Positions 54,008-64,000 of a stretch of 64,000 nucleotides of DNA are shown piece by piece. The notes beneath the pieces were generated by a model. The model searched no databases, had not been told where the DNA came from, and was given only the letters and a program-made list of their open reading frames with translations. The first letter of the stretch is position 1. Each line of letters begins with the position of its first letter. A program made the position numbers and the translations under genes. This DNA comes from an uncultured Alphaproteobacteria bacterium. Its GTDB lineage: Bacteria > Pseudomonadota > Alphaproteobacteria > Rs-D84. The DNA lies in assembly GCA_944392815.1 (NCBI GenBank), contig CALXXY010000002.1, positions 1-64,000 on the forward strand, written 5' to 3'.

Positions 54008-54385
54008 TTACCAATCCATAATAACGTTTTGGCAATTAATAAGTTCCAATCCAGCTGACGACAGGAAAAATTGCAACACCACACCGATACCGAACAGCAA
54101 CACAAAACCGACCAGCATACCGGTACCCTTTGTTTTCAAGTCATCTAATTTCATATCGGCGGGCTTACTAATATAACCCCACGCCCAACCGGCTATAATG
54201 AACGCGGCACCAACAAACGCCAACGTACGTAAAATTTTAAACACGCCGTACATTTGCCCAATCAATGCACACAAACCAGATTCATTGACACCAACGCCCC
54301 CGGCGGCCCCAGCCGCCATCGCAGCGCCACCCGCCGCCAAAACAACAACGCCGGCCAATCCAATTTTTTTCAGTATATTTTTCAT
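54008..54385 (-). CDS. TrbC/VirB2-like small membrane protein
   Basis: Signal peptide, short helix, two hydrophobic segments separated by a basic loop. Confidence 0.5.
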   Translation of the reverse strand: MKNILKKIGLAGVVVLAAGGAAMAAGAAGGVGVNESGLCALIGQMYGVFKILRTLAFVGAAFIIAGWAWGYISKPADMKLDDLKTKGTGMLVGFVLLFGIGVVLQFFLSSAGLELINCQNVIMDW

Positions 54386-54508
54386 ATAAATCCCCTTTCT
54401 TTTCCCTTAATTCTATCATAAATTTTTCCTGGATTCAAGCCCCATCGCCACCCCATCAACATAAAAAAACGGGCAACAAACGTTGCCCGCGTATCCGAAC
54501 GATTTTGA

Positions 54509-54886
54509 TTACATCGCCGGCACAATAACATATCTGCGTGTCAAAACAGGTTTCGCACATGTGTCACATGAACTTTTTTTCACACTGCATGCGTCACAGG
54601 AAACTTTTTCAGCCGCAGGAACCAAAATCTGGCGATCATGACGTGGCGCCTGGCCAAAATTGTCCATGGCATACAAATCCTCACAGCGCGTATTGCGATA
54701 AACAATTTTTTTGCCTGTGTCCAAACCACCCACATAGCGCGAAAAATTACGTCCATATTCCCCGGCATAGTAAATACAATCCTGACCATCTTGGGTATAA
54801 CGGACGCCGCCCTTGTAATAATCATAATAAGCACCACACCCGGCCAGCGATGTCAGCGCGATTACAGAAACCAGAACTTTTTTCAT
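54509..54886 (-). CDS. Cys-rich lipoprotein
   Basis: Lipobox LAGC; two CxxC (CDAC, CDTC). Confidence 0.8.
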   Translation of the reverse strand: MKKVLVSVIALTSLAGCGAYYDYYKGGVRYTQDGQDCIYYAGEYGRNFSRYVGGLDTGKKIVYRNTRCEDLYAMDNFGQAPRHDRQILVPAAEKVSCDACSVKKSSCDTCAKPVLTRRYVIVPAM

Positions 54887-55085
54887 ATAATGCCTCTTTT
54901 GGTTTTTAATCTGTTATCTCTCTGACATGCTCCCCGATTCGTACTTTAATTGTTGCACAAAAATATTCATTGTCAATATTTTTGTTGATTCGCTTTTTGT
55001 ATGAATCCGCAAACTTTCCCATATTTTATTATGGGCGCAGATTAAATGATTGTGATATAATTTCCACAAAATATGGGGGACTAAT

Positions 55086-56024
55086 ATGGATTACAAAGAT
55101 TTCGGTTTGGTAAACACAAAACAAATGTTTGCGAACGCACTGGCAAATCACTATGCGGTGCCCGCTTTTAATTTTTACAATATGGAAACTTTGGTCGCCA
55201 TCGTGGCCGCCGCCCGCGATACGCACAGCCCGGTTATTTTGGCGGTGTCGGAATCTGCATTGAAATATATGGGCGACGACATGCTGCGCGGCATGATTTG
55301 GGGATTAAATTTAACACCGAACGAAAATGTCGCATTGCACCTGGATCACGGTTCATCATTTGAATCATGCGTGCACGCAATTGAATTGGGATTTTCATCG
55401 GTAATGATTGACGGTTCAAAATTGCCATTTGACGCGAACGCAGACCTTACACGCACAGTTGTCGAATTTGCACATAAATACGATGTTTCGGTTGAATCTG
55501 AATTGGGCACTCTGTCCGGCATAGAAGATGAAAACACTCAATCCGCCACGTCCAGTTATACCAACCCCGACGACGTCGTAAATTTTGTAAATAAAACGGG
55601 CACAGATTCATTGGCCATCGCAATCGGCACCAGTCACGGCGCATACAAACGCAAATCAGACGACGAAGAATTGCGATTTGACATTCTGGACGCAGTTGCC
55701 AAACAATTGCCGGATTTTCCGCTGGTATTACACGGCGCGTCCAGTGTACCTGAACAATTTGTCAAAACAATAAATGAATTCGGCGGAAAAATGACCAACG
55801 CCCGTGGCATAGCCCCCGACCAATTACGCCGCGCGGTTCAAATGAACATTTGTAAAATAAATGTGGACAGCGATTCCCGCCTGGCATTCACGGCGGGCGT
55901 GCGCGAACAATTGGCCACCCACCCAGAAAATTTTAACCCGCGCGATTATCTGAACGCCGGTCGAGAAAATATATACGCCAATTGCGTGGACGAAATCAAA
56001 AACATAATGCAAAGCGGAAAATAA
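55086..56024 (+). CDS. fba: Class II fructose-bisphosphate aldolase
   Basis: ALHLDHG, SSVMIDGS, AIGTSHGAYK, PLVLHGAS. Confidence 0.95.
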   Translation: MDYKDFGLVNTKQMFANALANHYAVPAFNFYNMETLVAIVAAARDTHSPVILAVSESALKYMGDDMLRGMIWGLNLTPNENVALHLDHGSSFESCVHAIELGFSSVMIDGSKLPFDANADLTRTVVEFAHKYDVSVESELGTLSGIEDENTQSATSSYTNPDDVVNFVNKTGTDSLAIAIGTSHGAYKRKSDDEELRFDILDAVAKQLPDFPLVLHGASSVPEQFVKTINEFGGKMTNARGIAPDQLRRAVQMNICKINVDSDSRLAFTAGVREQLATHPENFNPRDYLNAGRENIYANCVDEIKNIMQSGK

Positions 56025-56055
56025 ATGTGGTGACAATTGCGAAATGTACCGATAT

Positions 56056-56221
56056 AAAATAAATTAGAACGGTATAAATGCGAAGATTGGCGGGTGTGAA
56101 GTGTACAACCGCTATATAAAATAAATTAGAATGATATAGATGCCGACAAAAAATTTGCGTAGTGTATTAAACATACATGAGCAAATTTTTTGTCGGCAGA
56201 TATGTTATTATAATTTATTTT
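56056..56221. repeat. ERIC/RPE-like palindrome (full copy 56118-56221, half copy 56056-56106) at the efp stop
   Basis: aaataaattagaatgatatagat-gccgacaaaaaatttgc-gtagtgta..tacatga-gcaaattttttgtcggc..taatttattt. Confidence 0.85.
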
Positions 56222-56789
56222 ATTTTGCCCGTTCGACGTATTCCAGGGTCTCAGTATTCACTACGATTTTCTCGCCCTGCTCGATGAACAGGGGCACTTG
56301 AACACGAACACCGTTGTCCAAAATGGCCGGTTTGCCGCCACTGTTGGAAACAGTTTGACCCTTTAATGCGGGTTCGGTTTCTTCGACGGTGGCAACGACT
56401 GTTTTCGGCAAAGAAACAGATACGGGCTGACCCTCGACAAAATTGACTTTGACGGTCATTTCAGGGGCTAAAAATTTCATCTGTTCACCCAGGGATTGTG
56501 CGGGCACTGTGAATTGCTCGTAATCGTTCAGGTTCATAAAATATGCGTCTGTGCCATCAGAATACAGATATTGGCAATCAATATCCTCGACCATTAATTT
56601 TTCGACTTTATCTTCGGCCCGCCAACGGTTGTTGTCTTTGTTCCCAGAATCAATATCGCGCAGGTCCGCCTGGACGAATGCACCGCCCTTGCCTGGTTTA
56701 ACCTTGGTTATGGACATAACGGAATAACGTTTACCATTGTGGGAAATAACCCAACCCACACGCATATCGTTTGCAATATATGAAGCCAT
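56220..56789 (-). CDS. efp: Elongation factor P
   Basis: KPGKGGAF, KPAILDNG..VQVPLFI, YVERA. Confidence 0.97.
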   Translation of the reverse strand: MASYIANDMRVGWVISHNGKRYSVMSITKVKPGKGGAFVQADLRDIDSGNKDNNRWRAEDKVEKLMVEDIDCQYLYSDGTDAYFMNLNDYEQFTVPAQSLGEQMKFLAPEMTVKVNFVEGQPVSVSLPKTVVATVEETEPALKGQTVSNSGGKPAILDNGVRVQVPLFIEQGEKIVVNTETLEYVERAK

Positions 56790-56849
56790 AATGATACCCC
56801 TTTGTAATTTTTTGAATATTATAAATTTTGCACGTGCCAGCGCAAGCGT

Positions 56850-57392
56850 TTATTGCGCCGCACGTTTATGCGCCCAATATCTGTCGATACTGTCCATAAT
56901 GATTTTATCGGCCTGGCTGCGGTCGGCCCACCCCATAACCCGCGACCAAGAATTCGGCTGCAAATCTTTATAGTGTTGAAAAAAGTATTCGATTTTAGAA
57001 CGCAAAATCGCAGGCAACTGTTCAATGTATTCGGTTGTCATGTAATACGGATCAATATTGTCACGCGGCACACAAATAATTTTTTCATCACCACCGGCCT
57101 GATCCTCCATCAGCAATGCGCCGATTGGGCGAACCTCGATAATAACGCCGGGACGCAAAGGCGAATTACACACAACCACGCAGTCCAACGGGTCGCCATC
57201 ATCGCCCAACGTGCCCGGGAAATACCCATAGTTTGCAGGATACGCCATGGGCGTGTGCAAAATTCTGTCCACACGCGGCAGACCTGTGGCCTTGTCAATT
57301 TCATATTTCACATGTCCGTTTTCAGGGACCTCTATTATCGCATTCATATTTTTTGGTGGCTGTTTGCCTGGTGCGATTTCTTCTATACTCAT
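56850..57392 (-). CDS. ppa: Inorganic pyrophosphatase (family I)
   Basis: KYEIDK, YPANYG, DGDPLD, DEKII, FFQHYKDL. Confidence 0.96.
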   Translation of the reverse strand: MSIEEIAPGKQPPKNMNAIIEVPENGHVKYEIDKATGLPRVDRILHTPMAYPANYGYFPGTLGDDGDPLDCVVVCNSPLRPGVIIEVRPIGALLMEDQAGGDEKIICVPRDNIDPYYMTTEYIEQLPAILRSKIEYFFQHYKDLQPNSWSRVMGWADRSQADKIIMDSIDRYWAHKRAAQ

Positions 57393-57508
57393 AATCATTA
57401 ATCCTTTGTTTTCCGGGGAAATATTATCATAAAAAAACAAATTTGCAATTCGAATCGGGCAAAAAAATCCCGCGATTGTTTCGCGGGATTTTTTTACATT
57501 GTTTCACA

Positions 57509-58627
57509 TTACATACGCATTGGCATTAACACGAACAAAGCGTCTGTATTTTTGTCGGTCGATTTTATAATTGTCGGCGACAAAGGATCCTGCATTTCCA
57601 TTTGGAATTTTTCGCCCTCTACCTGGCCGGCAACGTCCATCAGGAATTTCACATTAAATACAACGGTAAACGAACTGTCGCCATTGTATTCCACGTCCAA
57701 TTCCTGGGTTGCGGTTCCGGCATCTGGGCTGGACGCATTAACAACCAATTTGTTCATGGTAAATGTCAATTGTACAGATTTAGTTTTATCAACACTGGCA
57801 ACCGACACCAAATCGACAGCATTTAAAAACTGTTTTCTATCCAAAATTGCGATTTTATCGTTGCCCTTTGGAATAACGACACGATAGTTTGGATATTGCG
57901 CGTCCACCAATTTGCTGGTCAACGTTGCGGCACCAACTGTAAACCGTGCCTTGGTATCAGACAATTCCACGGTCACATCGTCGACGGTGGCGTCCTCCAG
58001 TAATTTGGACAATTCACCAATAACGCGACGCGGCAAAATCACAGCCGGCATTTCCGCACTGCCCGCCGGTGCCGGCATGGCACACAGCGCCATACGCTGG
58101 GCGTCGGTTGCGACAGCGGTTAACATTTTTTCTTTGCCTTCGTCAGAAATGTGGAAATAAATCCCGCCCAGATGATAACGCACATCATCGGTTGGAATTG
58201 CGAATTTAGTTTGATTGATTAAATGTGCCAAATCCCCGGTTGTCATCTGGAATTTAGTGGTCAAATTACTGCCCGCCATGGCCGGGAAATTTTCCGCCGG
58301 CAATGTTGGCAAATGGAACACAGCGCGCCCACTGGACACAACCAATTGATCCCCAGATTGTTTGAACGAAATTTCCGCATCGTCCGGCAATTTACGAACG
58401 ATATCATACAACATCTGGACCGGCACAGTCGTTTTCCCGCCCAACGTGATATCGGCGGCGACATGTTCCACCAATTCCAAATCAACATTTGTCGCAGACA
58501 AAATTAAATCATCTGCAACCTCTATTTTAACATTCATCAATATTGGCAACGTCGCGCGTTTTTCAACGATTGATTGCATATGCCCCAGCGCGCGAATTAA
58601 CACCTGACGAAACACTGAAAATTCCAT
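57509..58627 (-). CDS. dnaN: DNA polymerase III beta clamp
   Basis: TLPILMNV, VATDAQRM, SKLVDAQYPNY, VLMPMR. Confidence 0.97.
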   Translation of the reverse strand: MEFSVFRQVLIRALGHMQSIVEKRATLPILMNVKIEVADDLILSATNVDLELVEHVAADITLGGKTTVPVQMLYDIVRKLPDDAEISFKQSGDQLVVSSGRAVFHLPTLPAENFPAMAGSNLTTKFQMTTGDLAHLINQTKFAIPTDDVRYHLGGIYFHISDEGKEKMLTAVATDAQRMALCAMPAPAGSAEMPAVILPRRVIGELSKLLEDATVDDVTVELSDTKARFTVGAATLTSKLVDAQYPNYRVVIPKGNDKIAILDRKQFLNAVDLVSVASVDKTKSVQLTFTMNKLVVNASSPDAGTATQELDVEYNGDSSFTVVFNVKFLMDVAGQVEGEKFQMEMQDPLSPTIIKSTDKNTDALFVLMPMRM

Positions 58628-58754
58628 AATATGCTCCTGTTAAATCTTTTTCGTCCTACATTCCGTTAAGACGATTTTAACAAAAAAGCCCGATTCGGTG
58701 CAAGGGTTATTCCAGGAAAAACAGCATATACAAAAATTTTCTGCGTCAAAAAAG

Positions 58755-60863
58755 TTATTGTTGAACAGTATCCTGATTTAAAATGCCGTTTACTAAATCG
58801 CCAACCGGCACATTTAACCATTCAGGATCATCGCGCTGTGCCGGCGCACCGCGTTTCATGGCCGTTTCACACGGATTGCTGTCGGCCAACCAATTTTCCA
58901 ACAAATCCCCAGCCAACAATCCAACGCCCGCCCCGGCGACCAAGCCAATCCCGCCCGTAAACGGCGCCAACAATAAACCAATGCCGGTCGCAGACGCAAC
59001 TTTGCCCGCGACAGCGGCGCCACTGATTTGCACAGTTGGTTCCGCCAGGTTATCTGTTATCTCGATAGAATTCACAACATTGCCCGTCAACGACAGTTTT
59101 AATCCCCGCACAGGAACCGTTGTCAACGCCAATTTAATATTTTCGTTCCCCAAATCCAAACTGCCCGCCAGACGAACATTTATCGCATTTGTTTCCAACG
59201 CGACACCATTTTGCGTTTCAATCAATCCATTACGCAATTTAGTATTAATCGACACACATGAAATATTTATCTGGTTATATTTCTTTTCAGAACTGAACAA
59301 ATCAGTAATACTGTGCCGCAACGTGGTCAGGAAATCTGTGCCATAAATATTGGACACCAACGCCGAATGCGCATACCCGCCCGCCGCAGAATAAATTTGC
59401 ACCGGCCCGGTAATAGTTTGCATAATTTCGGACAAATTCGTTCCATTTGCCTGGACATACATATCAAAATTCACAGGCAATTCAGATATAAAATCGCGAA
59501 TTTTTATTTGATTTAATAAATTACCAATAACTATGCCGCGCCCTGTGCCGCCCAAATCAATATACAACCGCCCATCAGGATTTATATCCACATTGGCCGC
59601 CGCACGCACAGCGCCATCTGCAATCACAGTTGTTGCATCGATGCGCGCATGTCCATTTTCCAATTTCACATGTGCGTCCATATCGCGCAAATTAAAATCA
59701 CGATAAACTATGAAATTATCCAACATCACATGCAAATCGGCATTAAATTTTAAATATTCAGTCCCATACAATGGAATATCATGAAACACATTTAAATCGC
59801 GATTTGGGTGCACCCAACTGCGCCCATATAAATCAGGGAACAATTCCAACAAACTGATTGATTTCGATTCAATTGTCGCGGTCAATTTCGGCAAATCGCC
59901 AGACCAATCCACCACACCAGAAAACGCCAAAGTATTTCCGCGCACAGTCAGCGATGAATTACGCAACGTTAATTTTTGCCAATCGTACCCCCCCGCAATA
60001 TTCACGGACATCGTCGGCATGGGTTGTAAATCCAGATTGAACATATTGCCCAATGCCACGACGTCTGGGATATCACCTTTGATAATAAAATCAATGGGGG
60101 CTTTGCTGGTGCCCTCCAGCGCGACATTTGCAATCAATGCGTCACCACCCGTCGCGAACGCTATGCGCACAGGATACACTTTGCGTTCAGCATTATATTT
60201 TGAAAACGACACAATAAACGGAAAAACATCACCATCATTACGCAACCAACCACTGTACTCCAATGTATCTTCGCGTGGCATATACCGAATTTGCACCCCA
60301 TCAATATCATATTGCGTACCCAAAAAATCGGCCGACAAATTTTGAATTTCCAATCCCCCCAGCCCAGACGCAGCAAATGGGAAATCGGCCGGCACGTCAA
60401 CGCTTTTCCCCGCATCCGTCGCCACATCACCAATATTCGGCACAACGGAAAATTCGCCCCCTGCGTTTTGTTCAACACATATATTCGCATCATAAATTTT
60501 TATATTTTGAATTGTTGGTCTGTCCCGAAACAAAGAAATCAAATCCAACGTCACATCAATTTTTTCAGCACTGAACGCGTTTTCGTGGTGTGCCCAATCA
60601 GCATTTGGCACGCGCACCCGATTCAATTCAATTTGCGGACGCAACGATAATTTCCACGACACAGCCCCATCAATTTCCACAGGCAATCCAGTTGCGTCCT
60701 GTAATACAGTCAAAACACTGCTGCGCAAAGATTCCAAATTTATCTGGGACAACGCGACAACAACCGCCACCACCAGTCCCATCACAAACAGAACCAGTAC
60801 ACGCATTATTTTAAAAAAACTTCCTTTTTTCTGTTTTTTTGCCTTTGCCATTTGTCCCAGCAT
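58755..60863 (-). CDS. AsmA family protein
   Basis: N-terminal TM, ATGLPVEIDG..W.LSLRP, beta-rich body, C-terminal hydrophobic hairpin. Start may be 60851. Confidence 0.8.
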   Translation of the reverse strand: MLGQMAKAKKQKKGSFFKIMRVLVLFVMGLVVAVVVALSQINLESLRSSVLTVLQDATGLPVEIDGAVSWKLSLRPQIELNRVRVPNADWAHHENAFSAEKIDVTLDLISLFRDRPTIQNIKIYDANICVEQNAGGEFSVVPNIGDVATDAGKSVDVPADFPFAASGLGGLEIQNLSADFLGTQYDIDGVQIRYMPREDTLEYSGWLRNDGDVFPFIVSFSKYNAERKVYPVRIAFATGGDALIANVALEGTSKAPIDFIIKGDIPDVVALGNMFNLDLQPMPTMSVNIAGGYDWQKLTLRNSSLTVRGNTLAFSGVVDWSGDLPKLTATIESKSISLLELFPDLYGRSWVHPNRDLNVFHDIPLYGTEYLKFNADLHVMLDNFIVYRDFNLRDMDAHVKLENGHARIDATTVIADGAVRAAANVDINPDGRLYIDLGGTGRGIVIGNLLNQIKIRDFISELPVNFDMYVQANGTNLSEIMQTITGPVQIYSAAGGYAHSALVSNIYGTDFLTTLRHSITDLFSSEKKYNQINISCVSINTKLRNGLIETQNGVALETNAINVRLAGSLDLGNENIKLALTTVPVRGLKLSLTGNVVNSIEITDNLAEPTVQISGAAVAGKVASATGIGLLLAPFTGGIGLVAGAGVGLLAGDLLENWLADSNPCETAMKRGAPAQRDDPEWLNVPVGDLVNGILNQDTVQQ

Positions 60864-60872
60864 TAATTTTGT

Positions 60873-61853
60873 TTACGGCAATTTGAATTCCAAAAATTTA
60901 ATTACCGGTTGCATAAAATCAGGTATCGGGGCACGCACAGTCATATTTTTACCGGTCCCCGGGTGTTGAAATGTTAACCTATACGCCAATAAAAACAAGT
61001 TATTTGTGACCAACAGCGACCGCAGCGCCCCGTCCAACTTTTTATCCACGCCATACAAATCGTCCCCAACAATTGGCGCATGTAAACTTAACGCACTGTG
61101 CACACGCAACTGGTGCGTACGGCCGGTTTTGGGCGAAAACAGCACCCACGACAAATGCCCACCGGCACTGGACAACACCCTGTATTCAGTAATCGCACGT
61201 TGTGGCCGTTGCCCAGTACCATTATCAATCCGTGCAGGACTGTCGAACACCTGGCCACGCGTCATATAATTATCAATCACCCCGTGCGGTGGACGCACAT
61301 CGCCATTTAACAACGCCAAATATTCTTTGTGTGCAGTTTTATTTTGGAATTCGTTTGATAACACCTGGGCAGCATTCTGATTTTTCGCCACAACCAAAAC
61401 GCCACTGGTTTCCCTGTCCAACCGATGAACCAGCGATATTTTGTCATACGGGAACAACGCCGCCGCCATTTTATCCACAGATTTGCGAATACCCGTTCCG
61501 CCCTGCACCGCCAACCCAGCGGGCTTGTTAAAAATCACAATATCTTCATCATCATGAATAATGCAACGCCGCAATTCTTCTAAATCAGTCAAAGAAAAAC
61601 GTGCACCACTTTCTGTTTTTTTATTGGGCACCACGGCATAACTGGCCAAAGTTGGCGGCACACGCACCACGTCACCAGCGCGCAAAATTTCCTGGCCCCG
61701 GGCACGGGACGAATTCACACGAATTTGCCCACCACGACACAACTTGTAAAACTCACGTTGGGGCATGGCGGGAAATTTGCGCAAAAACCAGCGCAGCAGT
61801 CGCGTTCCATCATCAGTTTTGGAAATTTCGACCAATTCCGCCATATGCACCAC
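60873..61853 (-). CDS. RluA-family pseudouridine synthase with S4 domain (RluC-like)
   Basis: NKPAGLAVQGG, HRLDRETSG, TGRTHQLRVH, PIVGD. Confidence 0.93.
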   Translation of the reverse strand: MVHMAELVEISKTDDGTRLLRWFLRKFPAMPQREFYKLCRGGQIRVNSSRARGQEILRAGDVVRVPPTLASYAVVPNKKTESGARFSLTDLEELRRCIIHDDEDIVIFNKPAGLAVQGGTGIRKSVDKMAAALFPYDKISLVHRLDRETSGVLVVAKNQNAAQVLSNEFQNKTAHKEYLALLNGDVRPPHGVIDNYMTRGQVFDSPARIDNGTGQRPQRAITEYRVLSSAGGHLSWVLFSPKTGRTHQLRVHSALSLHAPIVGDDLYGVDKKLDGALRSLLVTNNLFLLAYRLTFQHPGTGKNMTVRAPIPDFMQPVIKFLEFKLP

Positions 61854-61861
61854 CCACGGAT

Positions 61862-62326
61862 TTATTCCCCGTATATTATCTGGACAACGTTTTCACCATT
61901 GGGATTCGTACATGTCCCTGTCGCCCCACTTTCCGTACGCCCAGACATAGTATACCCCACAGAATCGGTCCACGCTTTGGCCACCAAAGATTCACAATCG
62001 GATTGGGTCAATCCATTAATAGAAACTATGAATTGCCGCGTATTGGACGGATTCACCGAAATTTCATATGTTCCACCATATGGGTTTTTATTCGACATTC
62101 CAATCGCCCCGAACACAGTCGCACTGTTTATGCTGGAATAATCGTCATAGTTATTGAAAATCTGGCGCACCTGGGTCACCATTTGCAACACTTCGTCATT
62201 AACCTGGTTGCGTTTTTGCGTTTTCATGGCGCTGGATATTGCGGCCACCGCCGCGACAGTTATCACCCCCATAATGGCCAACACGCCCATCATTTCAATC
62301 ATAGAACGACCTGATTCATATTTCAT
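61862..62326 (-). CDS. Type IV pilin-like protein
   Basis: Class III signal-like ESG-RSMIEMMGVLAIMGV with E at +5; NPYGG; two C-terminal Cys. Confidence 0.8.
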   Translation of the reverse strand: MKYESGRSMIEMMGVLAIMGVITVAAVAAISSAMKTQKRNQVNDEVLQMVTQVRQIFNNYDDYSSINSATVFGAIGMSNKNPYGGTYEISVNPSNTRQFIVSINGLTQSDCESLVAKAWTDSVGYTMSGRTESGATGTCTNPNGENVVQIIYGE

Positions 62327-62376
62327 ATTTCAACCTCTATTTGATATTTATTTTTTTATATTCTATCATAAAAGCC

Positions 62377-63801
62377 ATGAATATTCAATTTTCTGATTTA
62401 ATTGAAAACAGTCCCAATGCCCCAGGCGTCTATAAAATGTACGACGCAGACGGCAACCTGCTCTACGTGGGCAAGGCCAAAAATCTGTCCAACCGATTGA
62501 AACAATATCTGGACATATCCAAACTGGAATTGCACAAACAGGTCATGCGCACATTGGTCGCCCGTGTTGATTGGGAAATAACCCCAACGGAATCAGACGC
62601 ATTAATTTTGGAACAAAAATTAATCAAAACGTTAAAGCCAAAATATAACATCATGCTGACCGACGGGAAAATGTACCCAATGATTGCATTGACCCAATCG
62701 GAATTTCCGCGCCTGTTAAAATTCCGCGGCAAAATATCCCAGCGTCGCGATGTATACGGCCCATACCCATCAGTGACGGCATTAAACGAAACAATTAAAA
62801 CTATACAAAAAGTATGCCGCCTGCGCACATGCACAGACACATTTATGCGCAACCGGGCGCGTCCGTGCCTGCTGTATCAAATCGGCCGGTGCAGCGCGCC
62901 ATGTGTATTACCCCAAACCGACTATGCAGAAAACGTTGCGTTGGCACGTAAAATTTTAACCGGCAACAGCGAACCAATCATTGCAGATTTAACAAAACAA
63001 ATGCAAAAATTTTCTGCAAATATGGATTATGAATCCGCCGCCGCGGTGCGTGATAAAATCGCCGCATTAACACAAACGTCAACACGCGGTATACGCCGGA
63101 ATCGTGCACACAGCGCGAATTTTGATTGGACTGATTCAGTAAACGATTTGGAAAAATGGTTGGGCATAAAAATTGAATGCGCGGGCGTATTTGATAACTC
63201 GCACCTGTTTGGTCGTAATCCAGTCGGCGCAATGATAACATTTGGTCACGACGGTTTTATAAAATCTGGATACAGACATTTTAAATTGCGCAACACTGCG
63301 GCGGCCGGCAATGACATTGCCATGATGGCCGAATTTGTCCAGCGTGCCACAACACGTGGCCCAAAATTGGATTTAATTGTGGTCGACGGCGGCCCCGCAC
63401 AATGGAATATCGCACACAAAACAGCGCCCGACATTCCAATACTTGGCGTCACCAAGGGCGAGGTTCGCGATGGCGACGAACATTTCATTATGCCCGACGG
63501 CACAGTTTGCCGCGACATACCAAAAGATTCACGCCTGTTTTTATTACTGCGTGCCGTCCGGGACGAAGCCCACCGTTTCGTCATCACGTTTCACCGCACA
63601 GTGCGCGCCAAACAAATGACATCGTCCGTTTTGGACGAAATTGATGGCGTTGGCCCAACACGAAAACACGCACTGCTGAATCATTTCGGATCTGTGCGTG
63701 CCATCACAGACGCCAGTTTGGACGCCCTGTTGCGCGTACCGGGACTGGGCAAATCTGCCGCAGAAAAAATCTATGCCCATTTTCATTCCGAAGTGATATA
63801 A
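62377..63801 (+). CDS. uvrC: Excinuclease ABC subunit C (compact)
   Basis: PGVY..YVGKAKNL, CLLYQIGRCSAPC, FDNSH, VDGG, RDEAHRF, HhH. ATG 62377 follows TTGATA-17-TATCAT by 7 nt. Confidence 0.95.
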   Translation: MNIQFSDLIENSPNAPGVYKMYDADGNLLYVGKAKNLSNRLKQYLDISKLELHKQVMRTLVARVDWEITPTESDALILEQKLIKTLKPKYNIMLTDGKMYPMIALTQSEFPRLLKFRGKISQRRDVYGPYPSVTALNETIKTIQKVCRLRTCTDTFMRNRARPCLLYQIGRCSAPCVLPQTDYAENVALARKILTGNSEPIIADLTKQMQKFSANMDYESAAAVRDKIAALTQTSTRGIRRNRAHSANFDWTDSVNDLEKWLGIKIECAGVFDNSHLFGRNPVGAMITFGHDGFIKSGYRHFKLRNTAAAGNDIAMMAEFVQRATTRGPKLDLIVVDGGPAQWNIAHKTAPDIPILGVTKGEVRDGDEHFIMPDGTVCRDIPKDSRLFLLLRAVRDEAHRFVITFHRTVRAKQMTSSVLDEIDGVGPTRKHALLNHFGSVRAITDASLDALLRVPGLGKSAAEKIYAHFHSEVI

Positions 63802-63827
63802 TATATACTGCTACAAAGGAGTATATA

Positions 63828-64000
63828 ATGAAATTTTTCGTAAACTTTTTATCAGCGTTTCGCATTGCTGCCGCATTTGCGATTATCCCGACACTGATGT
63901 TCGGCCTGTATTGGACAACGTTTATATTATTCGTACTGGCATCAATATCAGATTGGTTCGATGGATTTTTGGCACGTAAATATAACGTATGCACAAAATT
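63828..64000 (+). CDS. pgsA: CDP-alcohol phosphatidyltransferase, partial
   Basis: AAGGAG SD; MKFFVNFLSAFRI..SDWFDGFLARKYN; uvrC-pgsA synteny. Confidence 0.8.
   Translation, partial: MKFFVNFLSAFRIAAAFAIIPTLMFGLYWTTFILFVLASISDWFDGFLARKYNVCTK

Overview
Chromosomal segment of an alphaproteobacterium, inferred from the str-S10-spc-alpha gene order without rpsD and from the ftsE-ftsX-DUF218-plsC and uvrC-pgsA synteny. Bases 3.3-23.3 kb hold the ribosomal protein superoperon (rpsL to rplQ, with fusA, tuf, secY and rpoA) on the minus strand; adk is absent and the rpsK-rpoA-rplQ block is interrupted by inserts. The rest holds housekeeping genes (mltG, an acyl-CoA synthetase, tRNA-Pro, fabF, acpP, lepA, rbfA, pal, ftsEX, plsC, tolB, fba, efp, ppa, dnaN, AsmA and RluA family genes, uvrC, partial pgsA) mixed with accessory loci. 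Unexplained structure worth follow-up: (1) two sequence-divergent but structurally matching promoter-to-terminator multi-stem RNAs at 2.7 kb and 26.0 kb; (2) four signal-peptide proteins built from shuffled phage-tail-fibre-like modules next to a beta-barrel gene; (3) a GIY-YIG nuclease between ~100-bp direct repeats whose palindromic core recurs elsewhere in the window; (4) ERIC/RPE-like palindromes with co-varying arms at the stop codons of rpoA, rpsK and efp; (5) an integrase homolog lacking its catalytic residues beside three Cys-rich paralogs; (6) a 12-bp-periodic array over the promoter of an RHH + DinD-like operon; (7) candidate RNA leaders for L17 and for L5/L18. All calls come from reading the sequence and recalled family motifs; no searches were run.
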